A stretch of 63,378 bases of DNA, filler included, from Chiloscyllium plagiosum (taxonomy: Eukaryota): NCBI RefSeq assembly GCF_004010195.1. It is 4 parts of one record of this genome, joined end to end, with 100 filler letters (N's around TTAATTAATTAA, not from the genome) between each part and the next. Parts side by side here need not be neighbours in the genome. Positions count along the whole stretch, not along the records: positions 1 to 26,006 come from NC_057712.1; 3 more parts are not named here. One strand, 5' to 3'. Shown here piece by piece: positions 1-12,100 of the stretch (the stretch's first letter is position 1; every line of letters begins with the position of its first letter). The notes beneath the pieces are model-generated. The model was not told where the DNA came from. It searched no databases and saw nothing but the letters and a program-made list of their open reading frames with translations. The position numbers were made by a program, and so were the translations under genes.

Positions 1-330
1 TTTCTGCTGATGGGTGAGTGCCGAACCAGAGGACACAGCTTACAAATATGGGGTAGACCATTTAGGACAGAGATGGGGAGAAACTTCTTCACCCAGAGAG
101 TGATGGCTGTGTGGAATGCTCTGCTGCAGAGGGCAGTGGAGGCCCAGTCTCTGGATTCATTTAAGAAAGAGTTGGATAGAGCTCTCAAGGATAGTGGAAT
201 CAAGGGTTATGGAGATAAGGCAGGAACAGGATACTGATCAAGGATGATCAGCCATGATCATATTGAATGGTGGTGCAGGCTCGAAGGGCAGAATGGCCTA
301 CTCCTGCACCTATTGTCTATTGTCTATTGT
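1..330 (+). mobile_element. CR1-clade LINE 3' end (ORF2 C-terminus, 3' UTR, microsatellite tail)
   Basis: ORF 10-237 reads RTRGHSL...FRTEMGRNFFTQRV..VWNAL...SFKKELD, the CR1 ORF2 C-terminal motif; tail (TATTGTC)n at about 311-330. Confidence 0.92.
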
Positions 331-794
331 TATACACACTCCGTGTCTTGTTATTATTTTCAGAGCCGATATTTTTATCTTTTGAATCCAATTGCATGTT
401 TTTTTCCTCAATAGTTTATCAGGCCATTTTTAATATTGCTGTTAATTACTGTGTGAAATAATTCTGTTGGAATTCTCAAATTTGAAGTTCTTATTGTGTC
501 TTGTGGTTAATGTTTCTTTCTGAATAACACGACTGAAACAACTTTAACAATTTCCTTTTGTTCTTTCTAAAACTTATTTTAGACGACCAAAAGCTGTCCA
601 CTCCTCCAATGAGAGCAATGTCCTTAACTCTTCTACATAACTTGGATTTGTAAGGTCTCAGGAGATGTAGCCTAACCCAAGTCCTAAAAGACCCAAGTTT
701 GTAAAAGATTGAAATTAAAGGGAAAAGCCCTGGAAAGATTTGCATCTGTTAGAAATTGTCTGATGTAATGCTCTGAAATTCCATATAATTGGTA

Positions 795-920
795 AAAACC
801 TGAAAGAACTGTTGATGCTGGAAATCCGAAGCAAAACCAGAAATTGCTGGAAAAGCTCAGCAGGTCTGGCAACATCAGTGGAGAGAAATCAGTGTTAACA
901 TTTCAGGTCAAATGACTCTT
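795..920 (-). mobile_element. Penelope-like element terminal repeat fragment (older subfamily)
   Basis: GATGCTGGAAA..GCTGGAAAAGCTCAGCAGGTCTGGCAACATC is homologous to pLTR copies at 2225, 6122 and 49644. Confidence 0.7.
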
Positions 921-957
921 TGTTATAACATCATTAGTAGGCAGCAAAAAGCAAATG

Positions 958-1270
958 CGCAGTGGTTAGCACAGCTACTTTACAGCACTATGGACCTGGG
1001 TTCAATTCCACCCTTGGGTTACCGTCTGTGTAGAGTTGACATATTCTGCGTGGGTTTGCTCTGGTTTTCTATTGCAGTCCAGAGACATGCAGGTTAGGTA
1101 GATTGGCCATGCTAAATTGCCCATAGTGTCGAGAGATGTGCAGGCTAGGTGGATTGCCATGGGAAATGTAGGATTACCGGGATGGAATGGGTCTGGGTGA
1201 GATGTTCTTCAGAGAGTTGGTGTGGACTTGATGGGCCAAATGGCCTGCTTCCGCTCTGTAGGCATTCTAT
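958..1270 (+). mobile_element. HE1-like tRNA-derived V-SINE
   Basis: A-box CAGTGGTTAGCAC, B-box GGTTCAATTCC, V-domain remnant, CR1-like 3' tail GGGCCAAATGGCCTGCTTCC. Confidence 0.85.
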
Positions 1271-1758
1271 TTAGAGGAAGATGCATTCAAGGTGTCTTCC
1301 TGATCAGGTATTGTGGAGAAAATTGCTGAAACAGTCAATGAAAAGGCAAGCATGATCCTGGATTTTATTAGCAGAGGGATAGAACAATAACATAATAAAA
1401 TTGAGGTGCAGAGCGAAAGGTGAAATTAGGAAAAGTTTACATTTACCAGACCTGTTTTTCTTTGAATATAAAAGAGTTAGACATGATCTAATGGAGATGT
1501 TTAATGTGACTAAAAGAGTTGATTAAGACAGAAGTTATTTTTCTGAAGTTTAGAACAAGGGGTGCACCCTTACATTTTGAGTGTGACCATTGAGGGATGC
1601 TGGCAAGAAGGATTTCATTACATGAAAAAAAGTAGTGGAAATATCAAACTCTTTTTCATAAGGAATGGAGTATAAAAGTAGGCAGGTTTTGCTAAAACCA
1701 GACAAATAACTAGTCAAACGTTCGTTGGATTAATGCATACAGTTTTGGGCCCCTTATC

Positions 1759-2060
1759 TAGATTAGATTAGATTACTTACAGTGTGGAAACAGGCCCTTT
1801 GTCCCAACAAGTCCACACCGACTCATCGAAGCGCAACCCACCCAGACCCATTCACCTACATTTATCCCTTCACCTAACACTACGGGCAATTTAGCATGGC
1901 CAATTCACCTAACTGCACGTTTTTGGACTGTGGGAGGAAACCGGAGCACCCAGAGGAAACACACGCAGACACGGGAGAATGTGCAAACTCCACACAGTCA
2001 GTCACCCAGGTCTCTGGCACTGTGAGGCAGCAGTGCTAACCACTGTGCCACCGTGCTACC
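1759..2060 (-). mobile_element. HE1-like V-SINE
   Basis: Reverse complement begins GGGTAGCACGGTGGCACAGTGGTTAGCACTGCTGCCTCAC, has the V-domain and an (AATCT)n tail. Confidence 0.92.
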
Positions 2061-2224
2061 CACTAAGGAAAGATATACAGTACAGGCATTGGAGGCATTC
2101 TCGAGAAGGTTCACTGAGCTGATACCAGGTATAGAGGGGCTGTCTTATCGATTATTGATTAACCCTGTACTCATTGAAATTTAGAAAAATGAGAGGCAAA
2201 CTTGCTGAAACATACAGGAGTTTT

Positions 2225-2458
2225 AGTCGAGAGTGTGGTGCTGGAAAAGCACAGAAGGTCAGGCAGCATCCGAGGAGCAGGAGAATCAACGTTTCGGGCA
2301 TAAACCCTTCATCAGGAATGAGGCTCATTCCTGATGAAGGGCTTTAGCCTGAAACATCAACTCTGCTGCTCCTCGGATGCTGCTTGACCTGCTATGCTTT
2401 TCCAGCACCACACTCTTGACTCTAATCTCCAGCATCTGCAGTCCTCATTTTTTCCTGC
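2225..2458. mobile_element. Penelope pLTR insertion as a near-perfect palindrome (arms 2225-2322 and 2324-2421)
   Basis: Arms are reverse complements around GAATGAG-G-CTCATTC; each arm carries CTGATGAAGGG...GAAAC. Confidence 0.88.
2284..2319 (-). ncRNA. Minimal type I hammerhead ribozyme motif (Penelope-associated)
   Basis: Minus strand ATTC-CTGATGA-A-GGGT-TTAT-GCCC-GAAA-CG-TT-GATT: intact core, stem II with a G-U pair, imperfect stem I. Confidence 0.65.
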
Positions 2459-2730
2459 AAGATTTTTAGAGGATTTGACAGAGTAGATATGGAGAGGTGT
2501 GGGAAAGTCTATGATCAAAGGGCATAATCTCAGTGGAAGGTGTTGCACGTTTAAGGCAAGGGTGAGGAGGAATTTCTTCTCTCAGAGAGAACCTATGGAA
2601 TTCTTTACCACTGAGCTCTATTGAGGCTGGGTCATTATGCATTTTTAAACTGGAAATTTTTTAATCAGTAAGGGAATAAAAGGGTTATAGGGAAGAGCCT
2701 ATAAAGTACAGTTGAGAATGAAGTGGGAGA

Positions 2731-3455
2731 TGTCACGGGGTAGGGTGACACTAGATACACGGACACACAAGATGGCTGCTGAGCCATCAGTTGGCCACTT
2801 GACACACAAGATGGTCGCCGGGCCACAATATGGAGAGAGACAGCAGAGCAAATACAAATACTACCTGGGGCCACCAGAATGCCAGCACAATGCATTCGCA
2901 ACCTAGGTGATTAGTTAAGGCAGGCGGGGGAGAGAATACACATGAGTAGCATATACTGCCCACCGAAGTATCTGGATCCAAATAACACCTTTGATGAAAA
3001 TGCTAACAGTTTGATACGGACTCAATACAAAGTACTAATAGCCAGGGCTGCAGTAATCATCCTTCTCAGGAAGAGCAATTAGCGCCCATTACTATAGCAA
3101 TGGACTTCCACGCAGTCATTGAAACTAACGATGTCTGCTCTGAAACCGACAACAACCACTCTGAAATTAACAAAAGCTGCACTGGAACTGACAATGACTG
3201 CACTGAAACTATTAACGATTCAGCAATTTTACCATAAACAAACCATGTTACAAAGACAATAATCTTATCACTGACGTATTATTACAAAATGTCTAAAAGT
3301 ATCTTGACATGTGCTCCGGGTTGAGAGAAGACTCCCAGCTGACCACTGTGCTGTTGGTGTCTTTCTCTCCCCGGAGCTCCGGTATTTCCTTGTACAATAA
3401 ACTCTGTCGTTGAACCCTGACTCTGACTCCAAGGCTGGTGATTTTCCCCACAACA
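2731..3455 (+). mobile_element. LTR (solo or 3' LTR) of an LTR retrotransposon/ERV
   Basis: TGTCACGGGG...CCCCACAACA termini (imperfect inverted, TG..CA), AATAAA at about 3396, internal ~19-bp tandem repeats 3120-3220, purine tract 2721-2730 just upstream. Confidence 0.72.
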
Positions 3456-4274
3456 AGAATGATCAGACCATTGATGATGGAAATGAATGGCAGAACAAAC
3501 TCATTAGGGTGAATAGCCTAATCCTGTCCCTGTAGCTGATTCCTGACAGAAGCTACTTTCAGGTCATTACCATTCATAACAGTTCAGAAATGTGCAGGAC
3601 TGCGAAAAGGGAGGAAAACGATTACTCTGGTTGTAGGAAAGGAGATGAGTAAATGTAGGAACTGGGGTAAAGGGTATTGTGGGGGAGAATAGGGAAAAGT
3701 AGTGTAGATCTTCAGCTGTTGACAGACATGGACTGGGGCAGAAGGCAAAGCTGAACATCTGGCCAAGGATGTGGGAGTGTTAATGAAACTAGGGAAGACT
3801 AGAAGAACTAAAAAGACTGAGTGAGGGGGTGGTATAATTATTACAGTATGAAATGGGGAGACTGGGAATTCAGAGAAAAGAGTTGAAGTGAACAATATCC
3901 TGTACTGAAGACTTCCATCAATACCACAAATATTCAGTCTTTCATTGTTCATTTCCTGCAGCATCGTTTCTTTATCATTGTTAATCATTCCCATTTATTG
4001 TGCCTACGAATTCCAATCATCAATTGTAGCCTATCAACTTTTGTGTCATGCTACTGGTTGAATCTGTGGTCACCCCTTTCTTAGGCTGAGAACATGCCAT
4101 TGTCTTTCTCCTTTAGAGATTACATTTCAGAGAGATTGAGAACATTTATCAAAGTGATAATGCCAGTTTTATTCAAATATAAGAGATCACCATAAATCAG
4201 GTGGGGTTTGTACCCAGTTGCATGTCTTATTTTGGAATTCTAACAAGACCTGCTCATTGCTTGTCAATTTGAGA

Positions 4275-5370
4275 AACATAGGAATTCAGAGTGCAGGAAT
4301 AGGCCATTCAGCCCATCCAGCTCGCTTCACCATTCAGCTAGATCCTGGCTGATGTTCGGCCTCCACATCATTTTTCCATTTTACTATTTGACGCCCTTGG
4401 TATCTGGAAGCCTCATGGTGAATGATGTTCCACAGCCTTCTGAGGTAGAGATCACCGCAGATTCATTAAGTGAAGAAATTTCTCCACATCGCTCTCCTAA
4501 ATGACCCACCTCTTACTCTGAGGTTGTGTCCCCTGGTTCGAGTCACCTGTATGATTTACCCCCACTGCACCGGCTTCTTTTGTGCTCCCCCTCCTGCAAC
4601 TACCTTGTCAACCCCTGTAAAAATTATGTATATTTGATTTAGATTGCTTCTCACCCTTTCATACTCTAGACATCAAAAGCCCAGTCTTCTCATCCTCACA
4701 GGACAATCCTCAATGTATCCCCTCAATGTCAAATATGTCCTTCCTTAGGTAAAGAGACCAAAACCATGCACAATACTCCAGATGTGGTCTCACCAGGGCT
4801 CAATACAATTGCAGCAAGACATTTCAAATATTCAAATATTTTACCAATAAAGCCAAGTGAACATTTACCTTTCTAATTGAGCTGCAATGGCATATTAGTT
4901 TTCAGTGACTCATGAACATTACTATTAACTCATCTCTTACAATTTAAGAAATACCTATATTTATGTTGCTCCTGCCAAAATAACTTCACATGTTCCACTT
5001 TATATTTCAACAACTATGTTCTTTCCTGTTCACTTGGCCAATGTAAACTCTCTTGAAACCTATTTACATCCTCCTCAAAATGTATAGTCCGATTCCTGGG
5101 TCATCAGTGAATTTAGAGAAATTGCTGTCAGCTCCACATCCAAATCATTGACTTCAATTGTGAACAGCTGGAGCCCAGTCACTGACACTTGCAGTACCTC
5201 ATCAGTCACAGCCTGCCAACTCATGAATAATCTGTTTATTCCTATTCTCTATTTTATGTCCATTAAGCAATTTTCAATGCATGCCATCATATTGCAGTCA
5301 ATCCTATCTGTGTTAATTTTGTTTACCAACCTCATGTGCAGGACCTTACTGAAAGTCTTCGAAAATCAAA
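4275..5370 (-). mobile_element. Degraded CR1 LINE (RT and 3' UTR)
   Basis: Reverse-strand 3' UTR (GGAATAGGCCATTCAGCC) and RT remnants (CAATACTCCAGATGTGGTCTCACC = RPHLEYC motif). Confidence 0.75.
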
Positions 5371-5373
5371 AAA

Positions 5374-5831
5374 GTGTTGCATTTTGGCAAAACAAATCAG
5401 ATTAGGTCTTACACACAGAATGGTAAAGTCCTGGGAGCATTGCTAAACAAAGAAACCTTGGGTACAGGTTCATTGTGCCTTGAAAGTAGAGTCACAGGTA
5501 GACAGGGTAGTGAAGAAGGCGTTTGGTACACTTACTTTTGTCAGTCAGTGCATTGCGTATAGGAGTTGGGAGGTCATGTCGTGGCTGTATAGGACATTGG
5601 TTAGATCTTGCATTCAAATCTCATATCCCTGCTATAGGAAAGATGTTGTTAAACTTGAAAGTGTGCAGAAAAGATTTACAATGATGTTTCCGGGATTGGA
5701 GGGCTTGAGGGATATGGCCTAATGCTGTGAAATGGGACTAGATCAATTTAGAATATCTGGTTGTCATAGATGAGTTGGACCAAAGGATCTGTTTCCGTGC
5801 TGTATAACTCTGTGACTCTCTGACTCTATGA
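5374..5831 (+). mobile_element. CR1/HER1-type LINE 3' fragment with internal deletion
   Basis: ORF 5480-5722 ..QVDRVVKKAFG..LYRTLVR..KLESVQKRFT; tail (GACTCTAT)-like repeats. Confidence 0.88.
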
Positions 5832-6121
5832 TACTACAACCACTGGTTCTCCCTTATTTATTCTGTGGTCACATCATCAAAAAACTCCAACATGTTGGTC
5901 AGACATCAGAATGGCAAGGAATATGATAAGTTCTAAGAATCAAAGTCTCTTTTAAAAAAGGGTTTGACCGTATTGTGGCATTGTAAGGGATTGTTCACCT
6001 GACAAAAAAAAGGTACCATGTTAACATTATTTTGCTGAACTCATCTAAAGGGGACCGGAAAATGGAGAAACAACAGAGCTCATTATGTTTTTCCCAGATC
6101 CTGCCAGGCTAAAAGGACAAG

Positions 6122-6259
6122 GTGAACGTGAGGACTGCAGACGCTGGAGATCAGAGTTGAAGAGTGTGGCGCTGGAAAAGCCTAGCCGGTCAGGCAGCAT
6201 CCAAGGGGCAGGAGAATCAGTGTTTCAAACATAAGCTCTTCATCAGGAATGAGGAATGA
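6122..6259 (-). mobile_element. Penelope pLTR insertion with 13-bp TSD; degenerate hammerhead
   Basis: TSD CTAAAAGGACAAG at 6109-6121 and 6260-6272; minus strand ATTCCTGATGAAGAGCTTATGTTTGAAAC. Confidence 0.85.
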
Positions 6260-6509
6260 CTAAAAGGACAAGCCAATTTTGCATCCCTGAGAAATCTCCT
6301 GGTATCTGGACCACCGATCTACCTTGAAACAATATTATCAAAAATGGAGGAGATTTAAAATCCATTCACTCAGGTATTGATTGTGAGATCGTCAATGTGC
6401 GTAAGTTCGCTGTCGTTATTGTAACAAGAATGGCTACATTTCAAAATATCTTATTGACTGTGAAGTCTTGTGACCTCCTCAGTCTGGGAAATCTTTCCTT
6501 AATCAGTGC

Positions 6510-6700
6510 AGGAGTTGGTTAGTTCAGTTGACTGGATGGTTAGTTTGCAATGCAAAGTAAAGCCAACTGCAAGGGCTCAATTCCCACCCTGGCTAAGATG
6601 ACAACAAAGGATTCTCCTTCTCAGTCTCTCCCCTTAGCTGAGGGAGGGTGTCCCTCAGGTTAAACCACCACCAGTCGACTCTCTCTTTAATGAAACCATG
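6510..6700 (+). mobile_element. tRNA-derived SINE (non-HE1 family), degraded
   Basis: A-box-like TGGTTAGTTCAGTTG and B-box-like GGCTCAATTCCC. Confidence 0.55.
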
Positions 6701-7994
6701 ATTAGATATGGGGACTCTAGCTCACCAGCTGGAGAACCAGTTGCCTTCTTTGGGGAAGGCGCAGTCAATTAAGTGCCAATCAGAGAGTTCATACAGCAGT
6801 GGGAAACCTCCCCTGGGATCAAAACCCCAGAATGATGTCCTGCCCCACCAAGAGTTGCCAACCCATCAGAGGCCAGCAGCTAGCTGTACTGTGCAAGCAA
6901 TGGGAGTCCATAATGCACCCATCAAAAGTCCAGTATCAGGCCACAGGTAAGTGAAGGCAGAAGACAATTGTGTGAGCAATGTCGGCAGCAAATGTTGGAG
7001 AGAGATATTGGATCCTTCAATCAGGCACCAAGCACTATAACAATGAGGGACTCTCCCTCCCTGCAGAATGCAAGTGAAGCTTTACTTTTCAGGCTCTATG
7101 TATAGTTATTTCTCCACCTCTGCCCACTAGTTCCATGACACTGGCAGTGGGATGAGACCCTTAAATGGGCACCGATTACTTACCTAATAGCCTCTATTGC
7201 TCATGGGTGGAAAGACCTCCACAAACATTCCTACCCTGGACTTATTCAGACTTGTGAGGGTGGTTGGTTACCAAATAACACACTCTAGCCTGACTGTAAT
7301 GTTCCACCTTCTCTAAATTCACTTAGGTGGAGAGCATTAAATTCTGCATATTCTGTCCTTTATAATTTGTAAGATTATCCAGCTGTAGATCAGCAAAAGC
7401 ACGCTGTAGGGTGGTTCAATAATTAATCTCTTGTGACTATTGTTGCTAAAAACATTTGCTCAATTAAGTATTCACCTGGGCAAATGTATGAGGAACAAAT
7501 GCCGAATCTATCAACATTATGGTTATTGACACAGTTTTTGAGGTTACCTGATGTTTACTTCTGCTTCATTTACAGTAACAGAACATATTCCCGTTCCTCA
7601 TTTGTCTATAACGTCATTCATACACACATTTCTCACACCTGAATACAACAGAATAAACACTTTTCTTTCATACTGTTCCACTATTTCCTGAGATAATTTG
7701 ATCCCAGCTGTTAACTGAAAAGAGAAATAATATCCCACAATTTCCATCATTTAAATGAGATATTAAAATGACACAACTTATCTGTTAAGGCAGGTGGAAG
7801 ATGTCTTATAGATGTTTTAAAAAAGCATTGAATTTAGTTGGTAGTCCTGTTTAGTTTCCACCTAATATCCCATGTGTATCTCATTTTCTATGTGTTACAG
7901 TGTACTGTATGCAAATCTATATTCAAAACATAGCATCCACACATCAGATTAGATGAAAAGGTGCTTTTGGATATGCTGGGGTTTACTACTAATA

Positions 7995-8272
7995 CAGGTT
8001 GGCTCAGTGGTTAGCACCGCTACCTCACAGCGCCAGGGACCTGGGTTTGATCCCAAGCCTTGGGTCACTGTGCGTATTGAGTTTGCACACTCTCCCTGTG
8101 TTTGCATGGGTTTCCTTCTCCCAGTCCAAAGGTGTGCAGGTTGGTCAATTGGCCATGGGAAATGCAGGGTCACATGGATAGGTAAGGGGGTGGATCTGAG
8201 TGGGGTTGTCTTCAGAGGGTTGGTGTGGACTTGATAGGCTGAATGGCCTGCTTCCACACTGTAGGGATTCGA
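7995..8272 (+). mobile_element. HE1-like V-SINE
   Basis: TGGCTCAGTGGTTAGCAC..GGTTTGATCCC, V-domain GAGTTTGCACACTCTCCCTGTG, tail CACACTGTAGGGATTC. Confidence 0.9.
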
Positions 8273-10147
8273 TGAAGTTCTTGTTCCCTCTTTCTCCATA
8301 TTTCCTGGATGGAAAGACCAGTCCTGCCCAATGCAGTTGGTCTTTCTGCAGCTACATTTCCACCTGTGGTCTTTACTCCTGCTACTAGCATAGAGGGGGA
8401 AAAAAACATCAAAAAAGCCAGTTACTCGGAAGTGAACGTACCGGTTGTACTTGAACCCATTTTGAAGGATACACGACAGGTAATGTTAGTTCATCTGATT
8501 CGCAAGTTTGACTGGTTTTTCCATCTGAGCAGATGACCTTACATTTCAAGTAAATGGTCTCTTCTATGATGGAGAACAATGTCTCTTAAAGATTTTTGAT
8601 AAAAGGACCCCTTTCCATCAGTAACCCCACTGACCCACATCTAAGTTGTAATACTATTTAATGCTGAGAAAATGAAAGTGCCATGGTGAAACATAGGCTT
8701 TAGTGTTACTTTTTTAGAAAGAGTAGGTGTATTTACAATTATCAGCAAGATTGGTGGATGGCATTCTCACTGCAGAATCTACCCTGGGCAGGAGCACTGA
8801 GAAATCTGTAGCCCAGTGAGAGTTGGAACTCGAGGATACCCAGGCCACTGAGAAAACATGAAGGAAACATGGGGAATAGCAAAGCAGCGTGCAGCATATC
8901 ACAGAGAGTGCAGAAGCACAGAATGTAGGTTGCTGAAGACAGCAGAAACAGGGGAACAGGAATAGATTACACTGTGAACCATGGGGCTTGTGACTTGGCT
9001 AATATGTCAGGGATGGTCTAAAATATTGCCAGCTGCCCTTCACCAATTAAACACTGAGAAAGGCTTTGAATTCCCTTTATAAAAGACTTCTGCTCCAAAA
9101 TTCAGAAGGACGTCATGCCTTAAAGAGCTGTCAATCAATCAGTCCCAGCAAGGCCAGGCAGCAGTGATGACTACTGTTGGGTCTACAGGCATGCAGGAGC
9201 TCGGACTCTAAGTTACGCTGTGATCTTCCTGGGGCCAGGCCCCATCGAGAAGGTGAGGGGGTTGGAGGGAGAGGTTTGAAAGGCCGGGGGAAAGAGTAAT
9301 GAGGAAGGATCTTGGGAAGGGTTAGAAGGCGGGAATAGGGGTGTTGCTTCTATTCAGCACAGGAGATCTAGGAAGAAGATTGAACCCTTGTCCAACACCA
9401 GCCTGTGCAGCTAAGCTAAGTTACTACTGCTTTCCATCATTTACAAGGAAAAAGCATCAGTCCCTGGGGAATCACTCATTTTTATCCTTGTGCTTTCTAA
9501 TATATGAGATACAGATAACTGTGTCAAAATTAAGTAAATGTTGTTGTTTTTGCAAGCATTAAACTAGAGTTAATGACCAACATAAGCTTTATATTAAAGA
9601 AATAGATCCCCTTTCTATTGGTGTAGGACATGTTGTTGTTAGGGACCTGGATGTGAGGTTATCAGTGGCCACTGCTGTGCATTGAACATGGTCATGCTAC
9701 TGTTACACATTCTGAATTACTCTCTAGTATGAGAGAAAATCAGTTCGTGTTGCTGATATTCTGTACACCCTCCTAAAAGAAGCCAGGACGATTATAATTG
9801 AGGGTAGTACTGACATTGATAACCTTGTTAATACTTGAGCACATGGTGGGGACTAGCTGAGTACCCACTCTCTAACTAGATATTCTCTGAACGTGAGTCT
9901 GTGAAGATGGTTTGCTTACATTCTTGCTGGAGGGTTGTGATGGGAGGGCTTTAACGTTCAGTGGTATAATGAATACAACTTCCCCTCTGGTGTTCTCTAG
10001 TCCATAGTTTTCTTTATTTTCTCTTTGAAATACGATCATTACAGTTTATCTAATATCAGATCATTTCCTCAAACAGTTCTGGCCAATGACAGGAAAATAA
10101 ACATCCAAAGCATGGTCTTCCTCCTATCCATTACTTTGAACTTTAGC

Positions 10148-10410
10148 TGGTGGCTCAGTGGCTAGCACTGCTGCTTCACAGCACCATGGAATGGGTTCAA
10201 TTCCACCCTTGGATGGTGGTCTTTGTGGAGTCAATACATTCGCCCCATGTCTGTGTGTGTGTTTCCTCCCACAATCCAAAGCTGTGCAGGTTAGATGGAT
10301 TCGCTACAGTAAATGTAGGATTACAGGGATAGGTAGGGGATTGGGTCTGAGTGGGATGCTCTTTGGAGGGTCAGTGTGGACTCAGTAGGCTGAATAGCCT
10401 GCTACTATGC
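10148..10410 (+). mobile_element. HE1-like V-SINE
   Basis: GGTGGCTCAGTGGCTAGCACTGCTGC..GGTTCAATTCC and body homologous to the other copies. Confidence 0.85.
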
Positions 10411-10613
10411 TTTCTCTTGCTGGGTACCTTTTAGCGATTCCCATCAGACCCTTGTAAAGATAAGAGGGTAGACATGGCACAACAACATCCTGGAGAACAT
10501 CCTGTCCCTCAGCCTCTGACTGTTAATGCTTTTCTCATAAGAGAGAAAGAAGAGCATCATGCTGTACCTGTTAATTCTAGAAGCATTCCATAACATTCTC
10601 CAAAGCTCCATTT

Positions 10614-10896
10614 TTAGATTAGATTCCCTACAGTGTGGAAACAGGCCCTTCGGCCCAACAAGTCCACACCAAACCTCTGAAGAGTAACCCACCCACACCC
10701 ATTTCCCTCTGACTAATGCACCAATGGGCAATTTAGCATGACCAATTCACCTAACCTGCACATCTTCGATTGCGGGAAGAAACCAGAGCACCTGGAGACA
10801 ACCCACACAGACATGAGGAGAATGTGCAAACTCCACACAGACAGTCACCTGAGGCTGGAATCGAACCTGGGTCCCTGGTGCTGTGAGGCAGCAGTG
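10614..10896 (-). mobile_element. HE1-like V-SINE
   Basis: Reverse-strand V-domain, B-box GGTTCGATTCC and (AATCT)n tail. Confidence 0.9.
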
Positions 10897-11059
10897 CGAA
10901 AAAATTACATTATTGATTCTCTCATGTAGAACTAAAATATTTAATGGAATTTTCACACACAGCTCTTGGCTGCCAGTAACCAGTTCAAGAAACTGTCACA
11001 AAGTGTGGATCAAAACTGGGGATATTTCCACCCTCACAATATTGTGCCATTTCGTCTCC

Positions 11060-12100
11060 CAAAATGGTGGCATGGCAAGGTAGGCAGCATTCAGGCTCCT
11101 GAGCCTGTGCACTCCAGACCAGCCACTTCCGCCCTTCTTCTTTACCAGTCTGGTCTTCTTTCTTTCTCTTTTTCTTCTTTTCTTCATCTTCCCGTCGGAG
11201 AAGGTGACATTTCGGAGGCCGGAGCGGGATGCCTGGCAAGGCAGAAGAGACAGCCTGGCATGGCAGCCGTTCTAGGGACTCCTGTTCGCAGCAGGCCAGA
11301 GCAGGGACTGTGGTATTGGCGAGGCAGCAGTGGAGCCATGACTCCTGGTTGCGGTGGCAGTGAGTCCAGAACAGGGACTCATGGTTCTGGTATCAGTGAG
11401 CCCAGAGCAGGGACTCCTAGTAGTGGTCACAGTAGGCCCAGAGCTGGGGACTTCCATTTGAGGTCGCAGTAGGCCCAGAGCCAGGGACTCCTGTTTGAGA
11501 TTGCAGTAGGCCCGGAGCCAGGGACTCCTGATTGTGGTCGCAGTAGGTTCGGAGCAGGGACTCCTGTTTGAGGTCGCAGTAGGTCCAGAGTGGGGACTCC
11601 TAGTTGAGGTCGCAGTAGGTTCGGAGCAGGGACTCCTGTTTGAGGTTGCAGTAGGCCCGGAGCAGGGATTCCTTGTTGCAGTACGACTAGGCCCTGAGCC
11701 AGGAACTTCTGATTGCAGCCGCAGTAACCCCGCAGCGGGGACTCCTGGTTATGGAGCGAGTTTGGGTTGAGCACGGGATGCGGAATCGGCGATGGCATTG
11801 GTCAGCTGGGCCTGGTGGTGGACAGATGGTATCTGAAGAGTGGCGTCTCCCATATTGTTGGGTCTGATGCGGGCAGCAGCGAGGTGACGGGGGGGCGGGG
11901 GTTGGCCAGGCAGTTATAGCTGAGGACCTGTGGAGGAGGCGGCAGAGAGAAGATAGACTCTCAGTTATATCTTTTTATTCTTAAACTAAATATTAACAAA
12001 ACTATGCTTAAATGGCATCATATTGTGGCAACAGTTGAAGCTTTTCACTGTATTTTTTGTATCATTCACTGCAAACTACAAGTGACAACAAATCATTCAA
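11060..12100 (+). mobile_element. Unassigned non-autonomous element, copy 1 (conserved 5' head, T-rich tract, GC-rich body, Rex1-like 3' tail)
   Basis: Ends are homologous to 34670-35510 and 47718-48300. Confidence 0.6.
11270..11750. repeat. 36-bp GC-rich minisatellite, about a dozen diverged units
   Basis: Unit approx. GGAGCAGGGACTCCTGTTTGAGGTCGCAGTAGGTCC; GGGACT recurs at a 36-37 bp period (e.g. 11521, 11557, 11593, 11629). Confidence 0.93.

Larger units (their letters stand above)
1330..3530 (+). mobile_element. Degraded CR1 LINE 3' region(s), interrupted by a SINE, a Penelope repeat and an LTR
   Basis: CR1 RT C-terminal remnants (GGAATGGAGTATAAAAG, GAGGAGGAATTTCTTCTCTCAGAG); 3' UTR resumes at 3456 after the LTR. 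Confidence 0.7.

Noticed and set aside
11270..11750. CRISPR-like array
   Set aside because: Contiguous tandem units with no unique spacers, no cas genes, vertebrate context
10966..11798. Long ORFs of 168 and 123 aa
   Set aside because: Arise from a GC-rich 36-bp minisatellite and a pyrimidine tract
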